Below, piece by piece: positions 9,396 through 19,914 of a DNA stretch of 62,283 bases. Made by a program: the position numbers and the translations under genes. The stretch is from positions 1 to 62,283 of the forward strand of contig JBBIGR010000030.1 in assembly GCA_037447435.1 (NCBI GenBank), read 5' to 3'. This DNA is from Fibrobacteria bacterium. Its GTDB lineage: Bacteria; Fibrobacterota; Chitinivibrionia; Chitinivibrionales; FEN-1185. The notes under the pieces were generated by a model. It saw only the letters and a program-made list of their open reading frames with translations. It did no database searches and was not told the origin of the DNA. Within the stretch, counting starts at the first letter, position 1; the number at the start of each line of letters is the position of its first letter.

Positions 9396-10292
9396 TTAAA
9401 GCTCATTTATATACAGCGGTTTGTAACCCCGATACTTATGGGAAAAATAATTAATGAGTATGACTTCGGTTTTTATTTTTGGTTCTATATTGATAATCAT
9501 GCGATCGGAAAACAAACGGCTCATATGCAATCCGCGGCCCGAATCGTCCAAAACGCCCTCACCGCTCATTTGTCTTTCTATTTTGTACAGTACCGTGTCT
9601 TTGGTAAGGCGGCCCATATTGTCCACAACGGTTAAGCCGTATTTTTCGGGATCGAACCCGCATTCAAGATACACGTATTCATGCGGTTCCAAATTAACTT
9701 CGGTGAATTCCTCGTATTTCTCCGTGCCGTCCGGGAACGATGGCGCATGGTAGATCGCATTGGTGACGATTTCATCGACAAGGAGCCTCATATCGCCGGC
9801 AACGCCGAGTTTGCTCAAAAGTAAATCAACACACGCTTCGCGGACTTCTTTCGCGTCCCGGGACGACCGGATGCAAAATTCTCCCAAATGCGTATATTGC
9901 GGAAGCATATACCGTTTTAAGCCGAATATGTTTTTGGTGAGCAGGCCGGAAATAAGCGAATCGAGTTCGGCAAAATTGAACGGCGATGTTTTGGGAATGA
10001 TGTTCGAAACATTCGATTTGCGGGCGAGCCGGATGTAATCGTCGACATTATACGCGGTAATTAATACGGTACAGGTCGACGGATGCATTTTTTTAATTTT
10101 GGATAATAAATCCGGCCCTTTCATGCCCGGCATATTCACGTCGGAAATAACCAGGTCGAAATTTTTATTGTCGCAAAGACTCAAAGCCGATTCGGCATCT
10201 TCCGCCGTGGTGACGGCATACTTTGATTCCAAATAATCAAGCAACATGTTCCGTATGCCTGCCTCGTCGTCCACAATCAGTATGCTATGCAT
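9396..10292 (-). CDS. response regulator: REC domain fused to RsbW-like HATPase domain
   Basis: ILIVDDE, SDVNMPGMKG, ITAY; C-terminal DEIVTNAIYH and SGRGLHMSR; ATG 10292 follows GGAGGAGGAG. Confidence 0.85.
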   Translation of the reverse strand: MHSILIVDDEAGIRNMLLDYLESKYAVTTAEDAESALSLCDNKNFDLVISDVNMPGMKGPDLLSKIKKMHPSTCTVLITAYNVDDYIRLARKSNVSNIIPKTSPFNFAELDSLISGLLTKNIFGLKRYMLPQYTHLGEFCIRSSRDAKEVREACVDLLLSKLGVAGDMRLLVDEIVTNAIYHAPSFPDGTEKYEEFTEVNLEPHEYVYLECGFDPEKYGLTVVDNMGRLTKDTVLYKIERQMSGEGVLDDSGRGLHMSRLFSDRMIINIEPKIKTEVILINYFSHKYRGYKPLYINEL

Positions 10293-11571
10293 GGAGCTCC
10301 TCCTCCTGAGTCGTGTGGAAGGGCAACAACACGGAAAACGTCGTGAAATTTTCCGCACTTTCAAAGAAAATGCGGCCATTGTGTTCGTCTACTATTTTTT
10401 GACAAATTGAAAGACCCAAACCTGTCCCCTCTCCCGGCGGTCGCGTGGTGAAAAACGGATCGAAAATTTTATCTTTGATTGCCTCAGGAACACCGGTTCC
10501 ATTGTCCATGATGTCGATGCGGACATGTCCGTCCTGCGATTGGGTGGCAATGAGTACAAGTCCTGAAAATTGTTTTCCCTCCCGGGAGTATGCCGCTTTT
10601 TTTTCCAGAATCGATTGAATTGCATTGGTTAATAAATTGATGATGATTTGCTCTATTTTAATGGGGTCGCACAAAACGCGGCCGATTGTCGGATCGGTAT
10701 TTATCTTGTGCTCGATGATTGGAAAGCCCTTCAATTGTACCGAATCTATGGCTTTAAGCACAAGGGAATTGATATCGATGAGCATCGACGTGCCTTCCTC
10801 TTTGCGCGACAAATGAAGCAGGTCTTTGACTATTGCGCTTGCGCGCGACGACGATTCCAGCATGGTCATAACCCGGGAAACGCCTTTTTCGTTTAGCCCG
10901 TATTTTTCGGGCATTTGCAACATGTTGGCTGCAGTGCCTGCGATTCCCGATAGCGGGTTGATCATTTCGTGGGCGATACCGGCAGTCATGGTTCCGATAG
11001 AGGCGAGCTTTTCGGAACGGATAAGTTGTTCCAAAATAGCCTTTTCTTCGGTACTGTCGCGAATGTGTTCGATTACATTGGTGGTCTTGCCGTCGCTACC
11101 GAAAACCGGGTACGAGGCAATGGTAAAAAACAACGGCCGGTCTTTACCCGGCATTTTAAACGTCCGTTTATGAACGGGTTTGCTATTTGCAAAAGTCAAT
11201 AAAGCGGGACAATGCTCGCAGGGCGAAGAGCGTTTCCAAAAAACTTCATAGCAATGTTGCCCTAAAAGCTTGGGAATCGGGATTTGAACAAATTGCGAAT
11301 AACTTTTATTGACCCGGGTGATGATGAGATTTTCATCAAGCGCGCAGATAAAATCGGTAATTGCGTCGAAGGTTGTTTCAAGCTGATTTTTCGACAAGGT
11401 GATTTTATCGGTAATCACCGTATCGTGACGCTGGTTTTTCATTGTCAAAGACCGCTTGAAAAATAGAGCGTCTTTGCGGGCAACAAAAAACAAAACGGCA
11501 AAACCGATGCAAACCACGAGGACGATAAAGAGAAGTACTGTTAATAAAATTGGAAGCATACAAGATACCAT
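10285..11571 (-). CDS. membrane-anchored PAS sensor histidine kinase (NtrB-like)
   Basis: N-terminal TM, PAS (GQHCYEVF...CEHCP), [12 protein letters not shown]-box, NLLTNA, DNGTG, FDPFFTT, GTGLGL. Confidence 0.95.
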   Translation of the reverse strand: MVSCMLPILLTVLLFIVLVVCIGFAVLFFVARKDALFFKRSLTMKNQRHDTVITDKITLSKNQLETTFDAITDFICALDENLIITRVNKSYSQFVQIPIPKLLGQHCYEVFWKRSSPCEHCPALLTFANSKPVHKRTFKMPGKDRPLFFTIASYPVFGSDGKTTNVIEHIRDSTEEKAILEQLIRSEKLASIGTMTAGIAHEMINPLSGIAGTAANMLQMPEKYGLNEKGVSRVMTMLESSSRASAIVKDLLHLSRKEEGTSMLIDINSLVLKAIDSVQLKGFPIIEHKINTDPTIGRVLCDPIKIEQIIINLLTNAIQSILEKKAAYSREGKQFSGLVLIATQSQDGHVRIDIMDNGTGVPEAIKDKIFDPFFTTRPPGEGTGLGLSICQKIVDEHNGRIFFESAENFTTFSVLLPFHTTQEEELHA

Positions 11572-11614
11572 AATGATAGATTATTACCGCACAAAATACA
11601 AATTACTTCCATAA

Positions 11615-14341
11615 TTAGGGCCCGGTGGAAAATTGCCACAACGGTCCGGCTGTTTGCGATTTCCAATCTTTGCCGATTATTTGCCAATAATAGGTTGTTG
11701 ACGGAGTAAGACCATATAATGAAAAACTCGTATCCGAAGCGGTTCCGACTTTCATCAATCCGAGCGGATTCGTGCCGGCATAAATATCGTAAGTCAATGA
11801 ATCGCCGTCGATATCGGAACACGAATATTTCACGGTAACGTTACTTTGTGATATTTTTGTAAAATTAAGCGGGTATATTTGTTGCGGCGTACCCGGGGAG
11901 GCGCCGTAGTAAAGCCGCACCCGTACGGTATCGGACGTGGTGGGATCATGGACCATTGCCGTGATGGTATCGAAACCCAGCAAGGTCGTCGGGTCGACCG
12001 TATACCCGAACGTGTCGACCACCGCGGAATCGAATGAACTTGTCGTGTGCGTACGGGATTGGAACAATTCGACGTTATGCCGTTGCACCAGCGGATCATC
12101 GGGATCGAAAATTTTAAAAACAATCCTGAACGGTCCTTTTATTGAATTAAGATTGAGAGCGCCGTTTGAAAAACTGTCTGTGGGCGAGTGATAGGCAACG
12201 GCAATCGAACAGGGTCTGTTTTCAGGAACGACAAGAATACGCGGATACAGTGTGTCGGTTGCGGGAAAATTGTCTTTTACAATAATTATAAACTGGCGGT
12301 ATCCGGTATCGCTTGGGGAAGGTTTCCAGAAAACAATATTATCTGCACTGTTTTCGAGCAAATCGGTTTTTTTCCCTATGATGCGGCAGGAATAGGAAAA
12401 CGGCGCTACGCCGGTATTTGTTTTTATTTTCAAGGCCAAATTAAGAGAATCTTTTCCCGCGGTTAAATAAACGGGGAAATCGCTTTCGCGCGTTGCGAAC
12501 GAAACCGGTTGCGGCAAAGGCTTTCCGGGCAAATTGACGAATAAGGTAAAGCCTGCGAAAACAGGTTGATATCCGTCCCAAACGCGAATGGTCACGTTAT
12601 TGGCGCCGCTGTCGGCCTGCGAGGGAGTCCAGACGATTTTTCCACTCGGCAAAACGGAAAGGTTGGGCGGGCCTAAAACCCGTTGATAGGATATCGAATC
12701 GTTATCGGAATCGAACGCAAATATAGAATCGGAATAAATGCTGTCGGCAAACACATACATTGATTTTGGGCTTTTTAACACAACCGGAACTTGGTTTTTA
12801 TAAATCACCGCCGATTGAAACGCTTTGTTTTTCTTTTTGTCTATTGCCGAAACGGTTATTTCGTTGCCCCCGGTTCCATGCCGTAAGGCGATCGTATCGT
12901 AGTACCAGAAACCGCCGGCACTGTTTTGGGCGATGCCGTTCACCAGCAGGGTGTCTATGCCGCTTCCTTCGTCGAAGGCCCGAATAGCGACAATAATCGT
13001 CGGCTTATCGGTATATTGGCCCTGTACGGCTTTTCCGTCGGTGATAACATCGAGGATTCGCGGCGGTACCGTGTCGATAGTGTCGGAAACCAAAAACACA
13101 TTAGTTTCCTTTTGATCGAAAATAACGCCGGTCGCATTGTCCATTGCAATAATACGCAAGACGTTTTTTCCTGTTTGCAAACTGCAATTCCAGTCCCACG
13201 TTTGCGAATTGGTTCGAAGCAGTTTTTCCTGGAGCAGAGCGGTGTTGTTGACATAGGCGCGGAGCCTGACGTCGAATGAATCGAGGGAATAGTTACGTAT
13301 CGAGCCGCTGCACAGAAAAAGCGGGTTGGTCACGATTAAAGAATCGCGATTCGGCGAGGTGAAAACGATATCCAACTTTTTGGAATGAGGGACACTGTTT
13401 GAATAAACCAGCCAAAAGATTTTTTTCGTTGAATTACCGTTTTGGAAATGGTCCTGCGCGAAAATCGAAATGACAAGGGGATTTGATTGCGACTTCGTGA
13501 ATACTCTGTCGAAAAGCCTGTAATAGGAATCGCTGCTTTTGCCGTCGAAAGCCTGGCCGTTTACGGATGCCGAATCGACAAATCCGTTGAAATCGTCCGT
13601 GATTTGTGCGCGAAAGGTAAACAGTGAATCGCTTGTGTAAATGGTATCGTTGCTGATGTAGTTATCATTGAGGCAACGGATGATCGGCGCGATGGTATCC
13701 CACAATATGAACGGAAAACTGTCTTTGGGCGACGAGAAACGGCCGTCCCATACCCATAAGCGCCCGAATCCGCTGACGATTGGGGCGACGATGCCGGCTT
13801 TCGTACTGCAAACGGGCGAAACCACTGCGGACTGATTACCGAACGACCAGAAATAAGACACGTCCTTGTCTTTTACTTTTGGAGTTTTTAAAACAACGGA
13901 ATCTCGCGCGACAAGGGAAATGAGGTTTTGATGCAACGGTGACTTTGCATACACCGACAGGGTTTCCCGATAAAGAGAGCCGTTCTTTTTATATACCGTG
14001 AAAATGATCGAATGCGAACCGGTATCGTACCAGGAAACCAAAACAGGAAAAGGCGCCTGGAAAAAAGAACCGGGAAAAAACATGGTGTCGTCTTTTTGCC
14101 AAAGCCTGTTTCCCACAGAGGATATTCGCATGCTGTCGACCAATTCTTTTGCGGTTATATCGACAAAAAGGCTCTCGGTGGAAAAAATCCATACCGTATC
14201 GTTATTCCGGATGCTTTGGCTCGTCAGGTATAATTGGGCATTAGAAAAATCCTGAAACGGGTTATAATCTTTGGCGCAATGCATGCTAAAAGTCAGGCAT
14301 ATGAAAAACGCAAGCGATAGTTTGATAAAGGTTTTTTTCAT
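11615..14341 (-). CDS. large secreted/lipoprotein with Ig/cadherin-like and C-terminal Fn3-like domains
   Basis: signal peptide ending FSMH-C, repeated DT(I/V)xP domain starts, DSDNDSISY...WTP and DIDGDSLTY motifs, LTPSTTYYWQI. Confidence 0.7.
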   Translation of the reverse strand: MKKTFIKLSLAFFICLTFSMHCAKDYNPFQDFSNAQLYLTSQSIRNNDTVWIFSTESLFVDITAKELVDSMRISSVGNRLWQKDDTMFFPGSFFQAPFPVLVSWYDTGSHSIIFTVYKKNGSLYRETLSVYAKSPLHQNLISLVARDSVVLKTPKVKDKDVSYFWSFGNQSAVVSPVCSTKAGIVAPIVSGFGRLWVWDGRFSSPKDSFPFILWDTIAPIIRCLNDNYISNDTIYTSDSLFTFRAQITDDFNGFVDSASVNGQAFDGKSSDSYYRLFDRVFTKSQSNPLVISIFAQDHFQNGNSTKKIFWLVYSNSVPHSKKLDIVFTSPNRDSLIVTNPLFLCSGSIRNYSLDSFDVRLRAYVNNTALLQEKLLRTNSQTWDWNCSLQTGKNVLRIIAMDNATGVIFDQKETNVFLVSDTIDTVPPRILDVITDGKAVQGQYTDKPTIIVAIRAFDEGSGIDTLLVNGIAQNSAGGFWYYDTIALRHGTGGNEITVSAIDKKKNKAFQSAVIYKNQVPVVLKSPKSMYVFADSIYSDSIFAFDSDNDSISYQRVLGPPNLSVLPSGKIVWTPSQADSGANNVTIRVWDGYQPVFAGFTLFVNLPGKPLPQPVSFATRESDFPVYLTAGKDSLNLALKIKTNTGVAPFSYSCRIIGKKTDLLENSADNIVFWKPSPSDTGYRQFIIIVKDNFPATDTLYPRILVVPENRPCSIAVAYHSPTDSFSNGALNLNSIKGPFRIVFKIFDPDDPLVQRHNVELFQSRTHTTSSFDSAVVDTFGYTVDPTTLLGFDTITAMVHDPTTSDTVRVRLYYGASPGTPQQIYPLNFTKISQSNVTVKYSCSDIDGDSLTYDIYAGTNPLGLMKVGTASDTSFSLYGLTPSTTYYWQIIGKDWKSQTAGPLWQFSTGP

Positions 14342-14343
14342 AG

Positions 14344-15222
14344 CTAAAACCTATATGACCAGAAAAAGCCGACACCGCCGATTACGGCGATTCCCGAACT
14401 TGCAATAAAGCAGGAAAAATCCCTGTCGCGAGCTATTTTACTGTTTGTCCAGTCCTGGGTCGAATTTTTGGTAAGATTAGCTTTAGAGGTATTGCTGATT
14501 GCCGAAAAGCCGTTTTGCGACTCCTGTAACCGTACGGCGAAAACCAATGCGGCGATACAGCCGATGCCGAAAACGGTAATTCCGCTTTTCCGCAAGACTT
14601 GCCGGGAAGATTCCAAAGGATCTTTTTTCAGAACGGAAAACGGGGAATTGAGGTCCGGACCGGAAAGAGCGTATTCGAACGGTTGATCCGAAACCTGCTG
14701 GACAACGCCATCTATGGTAAGGTTTGCCCTCCCGTTTTTTAAAAACACGCACGGCGATAATTTAAAAAATTTTGTTTGTGCGGTGATTCCTTCGACCGAA
14801 TACAAAACCGCACAATAGGATAATTGCGTTCCGATACCGTCTTCATGAATGTAAATTCCGTTCCAGTCGTAGGGTGCGGCATCGACCGCGCTTTTTTTAT
14901 TGTAATCCTTGTCGTTTTCGGAGGTAAAAACAATAGGCATTGTTTTAACTCCTTTCGCGATCAACGTACCCATAATATGCAAACCGGTGAAATTTTTAAA
15001 ACATAACACCGCTCCGGCGGAAATGGTCACCGTTTTACCTTGCGGCACATAAATATCTCCCGAAACATAATACGGCTGTTTTTTTGCCATAAGCATGGGA
15101 GGAAGATCGCCGGCAATGGTATCGAAGGCGGCGGAATCGGCGACGGTCTTTGCAAAAGGGAACTCGGCCGCAGCAACGTTGCACGCAGCATTCATAAGAA
15201 ATAGTAAAATAAATAGTCGCAT
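14344..15222 (-). CDS. exported hypothetical protein with beta-helix-like N-terminal part and C-terminal hydrophobic helices
   Basis: signal peptide, PYYVSGDIYVPQGKTVTI, GTLIAKG...PIVFTS...WNGI; 2-3 bp gaps to both neighbours. Confidence 0.65.
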   Translation of the reverse strand: MRLFILLFLMNAACNVAAAEFPFAKTVADSAAFDTIAGDLPPMLMAKKQPYYVSGDIYVPQGKTVTISAGAVLCFKNFTGLHIMGTLIAKGVKTMPIVFTSENDKDYNKKSAVDAAPYDWNGIYIHEDGIGTQLSYCAVLYSVEGITAQTKFFKLSPCVFLKNGRANLTIDGVVQQVSDQPFEYALSGPDLNSPFSVLKKDPLESSRQVLRKSGITVFGIGCIAALVFAVRLQESQNGFSAISNTSKANLTKNSTQDWTNSKIARDRDFSCFIASSGIAVIGGVGFFWSYRF

Positions 15223-15225
15223 AAT

Positions 15226-17217
15226 TTATTTATTTGCCAAGGTCGCGCTTATCCGGCGAATTTCACTGTCGGCCTTTTGAAAGTATTTATGGTCCGGTGA
15301 ATTTCTAAACATGGATTTAACTTCGAACCATGCCTCCATGGCGGCTTTCCTCGTATCCGATCCGGGTTTTTCGTCGTATAGGGCGCTTTGGCAAAGTCCC
15401 CGCGAATACAAAAGCAATTCCCTGTATTGGCGCTGATCGAGATATTGACTCGGGGAAGTGGAAGCCCGTTTGATAAACTCTTCCGCTTTCAAATAATCTT
15501 TTATATTGAAAAACCACCGGGCTTTTTCCAGATAAAATTCACCGTCGTAAACATCATTCGAAAAAAGGAATTTTTTTAATCCGTCATTGTCGCCCATAGC
15601 CTTTAAAATCCGCAAACGGTAAATTTTGGCCTTTTTTGAATTCGACTGGTCTGGGGGAAGCATTGCAAATAATTGCGCCGCGTCGTTGACTTTTCCGGAT
15701 TCAACCGCCAAAGAAAACATGGTCATCAAATCGGACGTGCGATATTGCATTTTCATTTTTTCGTAAAAAGAAATTGCAGGGGATTCGTCGCTTTGCTTGG
15801 GCTTGGTTTCATTGGCAGGTATTGTTAGATTTTTTTTAATGGAAGCGGCCACCGGGACTATGGCTTTTTTTGCGGAAACCTTGAGTTTCGGTTTTGGCGC
15901 GGGCGCCGCCGGCCGAGTAGGGGTCTCATTTACAAAAGCAATTGAATCGTTGATGGTCTCTGCGGGTTTTTGCGCCGGGGTTTTGTCCTGGAGCATTGCT
16001 TTTTGCGTGTTGAGAACCGAATCGATTCGCTTAATTATTGCCGCCTGATTTGCCTGCTCATCTACAATGGGCGGTTTGTTTTTGGCAAACAAGGCCGAAA
16101 GGACGGTCAAATTTTTAAGAGAGGGCATCGATATGGATACGTATGCGATGCCTGCGGTAATAACCAGAAAAAGTGATGCAGCCAAAACAAATGCCGGTAC
16201 TTTGCTTTTTTTCTTTTTCAGCAAAACGAGGCGTTTGGGCCGCGACGGGGCGTTTAAAAAATTCTCTATGACTTGTTCGGGGGAACGGAGGGTCAGGGTT
16301 TTGTGGATCGCGCAGAGGGAGCGTAGAAATTCCAGAACATCCTGAACGCGTTTTTCTTTTTCACAACGAATGAGCCGGTGAATAAGGTTGCAAAAAGCAG
16401 GCGGAATTTTGGTTGAGAATTCCGTCAATTGAACGTAGTTGTTGTTGAGTTTATCGGTCACGAGTTTTCCCAGGTTTTGTTCGGGAAACGCCCGGGTACC
16501 GGTGAGCATTTCATACAAAACCACTCCGAGCGCATACAAGTCGGCCCGGGCATCGACTTCGTTTCCGTCAAGTTGCTCCGGGGCCAGGTATTGCATGGTG
16601 CCCATGATCACGCCTTCGATGGTATGCTTGCTTGCCGTCATGGGTTTGGCAATGCCGAAATCCATCAGCTTGACCGTACCGTCTTTTGCGACCATGATAT
16701 TGCCCGGCTTCAGGTCCCTGTGAATGACGCCCTGATACCGTTTTCCGTATAGCATATAGCTTTGATTATGCGCGTAATTCAAAGCTCTGCCGACCATTAT
16801 GCCAATTGAAGTCACGACTTCGGGCGGAAGACTACCCGCATCCGCGATGAGCGTTTCGAGGGTGGCGCCGTCGATCAATTCCATTTCAATATAGGGCAAT
16901 TGCTCGTTCCATTTTCCGACGGAGTAAATTTCTACGATATTGGGATGATGCAGTTTGGCGGTAATTTTCATTTCCAAATGAAAACGGTCTTCGCTTTCGG
17001 CAGTGTGGTCGGGTTTTAATAATTTTACCGCGCGTCTTACTTCAAGTTCGGCATTCCAAATTTCGTACACAATGGCCATACCGCCGCTGCTTATAAGCGA
17101 GGTAATCGTGCCCGAGCCGAGCTTCAGAGGCTTTTTACCGTCCGGTAAACTTACAACGCCGGGTAATTGGATAGAGGTAATTTCCGGGCGTTTTATGATG
17201 ATTTTTTTATCATCCAT
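15226..17217 (-). CDS. Hanks-type Ser/Thr protein kinase with TM segment and helical/TPR-like C-terminus
   Basis: SGGMAIVY, AVK, HPNIV, HRDLKPGN, DFG, YLAPE, DLYALG; TM after the KKKK cluster. Confidence 0.95.
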   Translation of the reverse strand: MDDKKIIIKRPEITSIQLPGVVSLPDGKKPLKLGSGTITSLISSGGMAIVYEIWNAELEVRRAVKLLKPDHTAESEDRFHLEMKITAKLHHPNIVEIYSVGKWNEQLPYIEMELIDGATLETLIADAGSLPPEVVTSIGIMVGRALNYAHNQSYMLYGKRYQGVIHRDLKPGNIMVAKDGTVKLMDFGIAKPMTASKHTIEGVIMGTMQYLAPEQLDGNEVDARADLYALGVVLYEMLTGTRAFPEQNLGKLVTDKLNNNYVQLTEFSTKIPPAFCNLIHRLIRCEKEKRVQDVLEFLRSLCAIHKTLTLRSPEQVIENFLNAPSRPKRLVLLKKKKSKVPAFVLAASLFLVITAGIAYVSISMPSLKNLTVLSALFAKNKPPIVDEQANQAAIIKRIDSVLNTQKAMLQDKTPAQKPAETINDSIAFVNETPTRPAAPAPKPKLKVSAKKAIVPVAASIKKNLTIPANETKPKQSDESPAISFYEKMKMQYRTSDLMTMFSLAVESGKVNDAAQLFAMLPPDQSNSKKAKIYRLRILKAMGDNDGLKKFLFSNDVYDGEFYLEKARWFFNIKDYLKAEEFIKRASTSPSQYLDQRQYRELLLYSRGLCQSALYDEKPGSDTRKAAMEAWFEVKSMFRNSPDHKYFQKADSEIRRISATLANK

Positions 17218-17457
17218 GATTCATTCGTTTGTAAAAGTCGTTACCAACGGAAAGGCGGGTTTCACATTTCCGTTTTAAGGAAGCCGTAATTTCGATCAAT
17301 TAATATTGTACAATTATGATCAATTATTGGGAAGTGGCGTCGCAACATCGTATTTTGCAGCATACTACGGTAACCCTTTTCGTTTTTTGCAATGAGACGT
17401 CGGGCGCTGTGTCTTTACAAATTTTTGCCGATAACAAAGGCCTACAAGGAGAAGAAA

Positions 17458-18657
17458 ATGAAACCGTTAAGACAAATAATTGCAATCGTGTCGTTGGCGA
17501 ATATTTTATTAATTGCAAATGCGGAGCCTTCGGTTTCGGACATCGCATCCGCAAATAATCGTTTTGCCCTAGATCTGTATAAGCAATTGAAAACAACTTC
17601 GGGAAACGTTTTCTTTTCTCCGTACAGTATTTCTACGGCGTGCGCGCTGACGTACGCGGGGGCAAAAGGAAATACCGAAAAGCAAATTGCGGAGACAATG
17701 CATTTTGCCAAGGATCAAAAAAGCTTTCATACCGATTTCGGGTCATTGCAAAAGCAAATCATCCCGGACCAACCGAAAAGCACTATCCAACTCAACGTCG
17801 CAAACGGTTTATGGATGCAAAAGGATAATCCTTTTTTACCCGCATTTACCGATGTGGTCAAAACCGACTATCAGGCAAACCTGCAACCGGTAGATTTCAA
17901 AAAATCATCGGAAAAGGTCCGTGCCGAAATCAATGACTGGGTCGCGAAAGAAACCAATGATAAAATTACGGACCTGATTACGGGAAACGCGGTGAATCCG
18001 CAAACGAAGCTGGTGTTGATAAATGCAATTTATTTTAAGGGGCTATGGGAAGAGAAATTCGATTCGACGAGGACCTTTAATAAATTGTTCTGGCCGCAAG
18101 GATCCGATTCAATAGCGGTACGGATGATGACTATAAGCAACAAGGAATTTTTATATACGGCCAACGATGAAATGCAGGTTCTGGGTCTGCCGTATGCGGG
18201 AAGCGAATTAAGCATGATCATCATATTGCCGAAAAAGAAACGGGGCCTTTTGGAAATCGAAAAAACAATCGACGCCGATTCGATTGACGCTATTGTAAAA
18301 AGAATGCAAAAAACAAGAATAGAAATAATGATACCGAAATTTAAGGCAACGCAGGAATATGAACTAACCGGCGCGCTGTCCGCAATGGGAATGAGGGACG
18401 CTTTTTCACACAATGCCGATTTTTCCGCAATGACGGGAAATAAGGACCTTCGCATTTCTGCAATACTGCATAAAGCTTTTATCGAGGTCAATGAGCAAGG
18501 TACCGAAGCGGCGGCGGCCACCGCGATTGTAATGCGTGCGACAAGCATTGCCGTAAAGCCCATGCAATTTATTGCAGACCATCCGTTTTTATTTATGATT
18601 CGGCAAAACAGTTCTGGAAGTATTTTGTTTATGGGAAGGATAAATAACCCGAAATAA
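17458..18657 (+). CDS. secreted serpin (serine protease inhibitor)
   Basis: NVFFSPYSI, NAIYFKGLW, hinge EQGTEAAAAT, FIADHPFLF, ILFMGRI; ATG 17458 follows AGGAG; signal peptide. Confidence 0.96.
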   Translation: MKPLRQIIAIVSLANILLIANAEPSVSDIASANNRFALDLYKQLKTTSGNVFFSPYSISTACALTYAGAKGNTEKQIAETMHFAKDQKSFHTDFGSLQKQIIPDQPKSTIQLNVANGLWMQKDNPFLPAFTDVVKTDYQANLQPVDFKKSSEKVRAEINDWVAKETNDKITDLITGNAVNPQTKLVLINAIYFKGLWEEKFDSTRTFNKLFWPQGSDSIAVRMMTISNKEFLYTANDEMQVLGLPYAGSELSMIIILPKKKRGLLEIEKTIDADSIDAIVKRMQKTRIEIMIPKFKATQEYELTGALSAMGMRDAFSHNADFSAMTGNKDLRISAILHKAFIEVNEQGTEAAAATAIVMRATSIAVKPMQFIADHPFLFMIRQNSSGSILFMGRINNPK

Positions 18658-18662
18658 AAAAA

Positions 18663-19901
18663 ATGCAATACAGAAAAAACCCTTACGATTTTACCTATCT
18701 TGATACGGTGCAGCACGCAGCAGGAGAAAACCTGCCTATCAGGGGCGTTGCGCCGCTGGCGGCAATACCTTATGCCGATGAATTGGCTTTAAAACAGAAA
18801 GCATTTGCCGAATATATCCGGCTGTCGAAGGTCGAAGGCAATTATGAAGACATCACGCCTTCACCGTTTAAACGGCATTATCGTACGACAACAAAACGGC
18901 GAGTGGTTTTTTCAACCGGCTCAATTCAATTCCGCTTTGGAGAAGGATCGGGCGATTTTCCCGATCAGGACAGGAACGAAGCTCTCTTAGAACCCAAGCA
19001 GCATACCATCATCTATTCGTTTTTGCTCGATATTTTGAACGATAAATTGTACGTTCCCGTGGGCAAGCGATGCAATTACATAGTCATTCGGGGTTCTTAT
19101 AAGGAATTCTGCGTGATTTTCAACATGCATCAGCTCGACGGCACCGTCGTACGCCGCATCAAAACATTGGCGGAAAAGCTTTCGAAACTCGAAGTCAACG
19201 TTATTTCGAGTTTCATCGTATCGAATCCTGCGAGGTCCCGGTATTACCTCGACAGCAAGAACAACGACTCGAAACAGGTTGTTAAAAAATTGTACGGTCC
19301 GGAAACGTTGCGGTTTACTTCCGATAACCTGACCTATTTATACGATGCCATGTCATTTTCTCAGATAAACCAGTCGATGGTACCGCTTATGATGAAAAAG
19401 GCCGGAATACTTCTCGATATGCAAAACCCTGTCCATAAAGGGATGCGTCTGATCGATTTGTATTGCGGTTACGGGCTTTTCACCATGTATGCGGGCAGAT
19501 ATTTTTCCGAAGTCTTCGGCATAGACGGCGACCAGGCGTCGCTGGACCGGGCAAACGATTCGGTAAAACATTGTAAAGATTTTTCAAAAGCGATAAAGAT
19601 CAGATTTACAAGCGGTCAAATTACCGCACATGTTCTTGAAACCGTATTGCCGATTAGCGGCGATAAGCCCGAAATCGTTATTTTGGACCCGCCGCGCATG
19701 GGGGTGGAAAAAGGCGTAATCGGTGCGATTGCTTTTCGCAAGCCGGTAAAAGTATTGCATATTTTCTGCAATGCGGATTTAATTCCGTCGGAACTTGAAC
19801 AGTGGAAAAAACTGGGCTATATAACCAAGAAAATCGTTCCCCTGGATATGTTTCCGGGCACCGCGCATCTTGAAGTCATGGTGTTATTGGAGAGACGCTG
19901 A
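18663..19901 (+). CDS. RNA uracil-C5 methyltransferase (RlmD/TrmA family), no TRAM domain
   Basis: SFSQIN, DLYCGYGLF, ILDPPR, IFCN, DMFPGTAHLE. Confidence 0.87.
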   Translation: MQYRKNPYDFTYLDTVQHAAGENLPIRGVAPLAAIPYADELALKQKAFAEYIRLSKVEGNYEDITPSPFKRHYRTTTKRRVVFSTGSIQFRFGEGSGDFPDQDRNEALLEPKQHTIIYSFLLDILNDKLYVPVGKRCNYIVIRGSYKEFCVIFNMHQLDGTVVRRIKTLAEKLSKLEVNVISSFIVSNPARSRYYLDSKNNDSKQVVKKLYGPETLRFTSDNLTYLYDAMSFSQINQSMVPLMMKKAGILLDMQNPVHKGMRLIDLYCGYGLFTMYAGRYFSEVFGIDGDQASLDRANDSVKHCKDFSKAIKIRFTSGQITAHVLETVLPISGDKPEIVILDPPRMGVEKGVIGAIAFRKPVKVLHIFCNADLIPSELEQWKKLGYITKKIVPLDMFPGTAHLEVMVLLERR

Positions 19902-19914
19902 TCGCATATCGGTT

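Noticed and set aside
8810..9454. 214-aa plus-strand ORF
   Set aside because: Antisense shadow of speD with no motif
10293..10379. N-terminal extension of the response regulator ORF
   Set aside because: Lies inside the kinase gene; a strong RBS supports ATG 10292
17293..17328. GATCAATTA repeats around ATTGTACAAT between the divergent kinase and serpin genes
   Set aside because: Could be an operator, but it is short and AT-rich with no regulator nearby to support it
18030..18716. 228-aa minus-strand ORF
   Set aside because: Antisense shadow of the serpin
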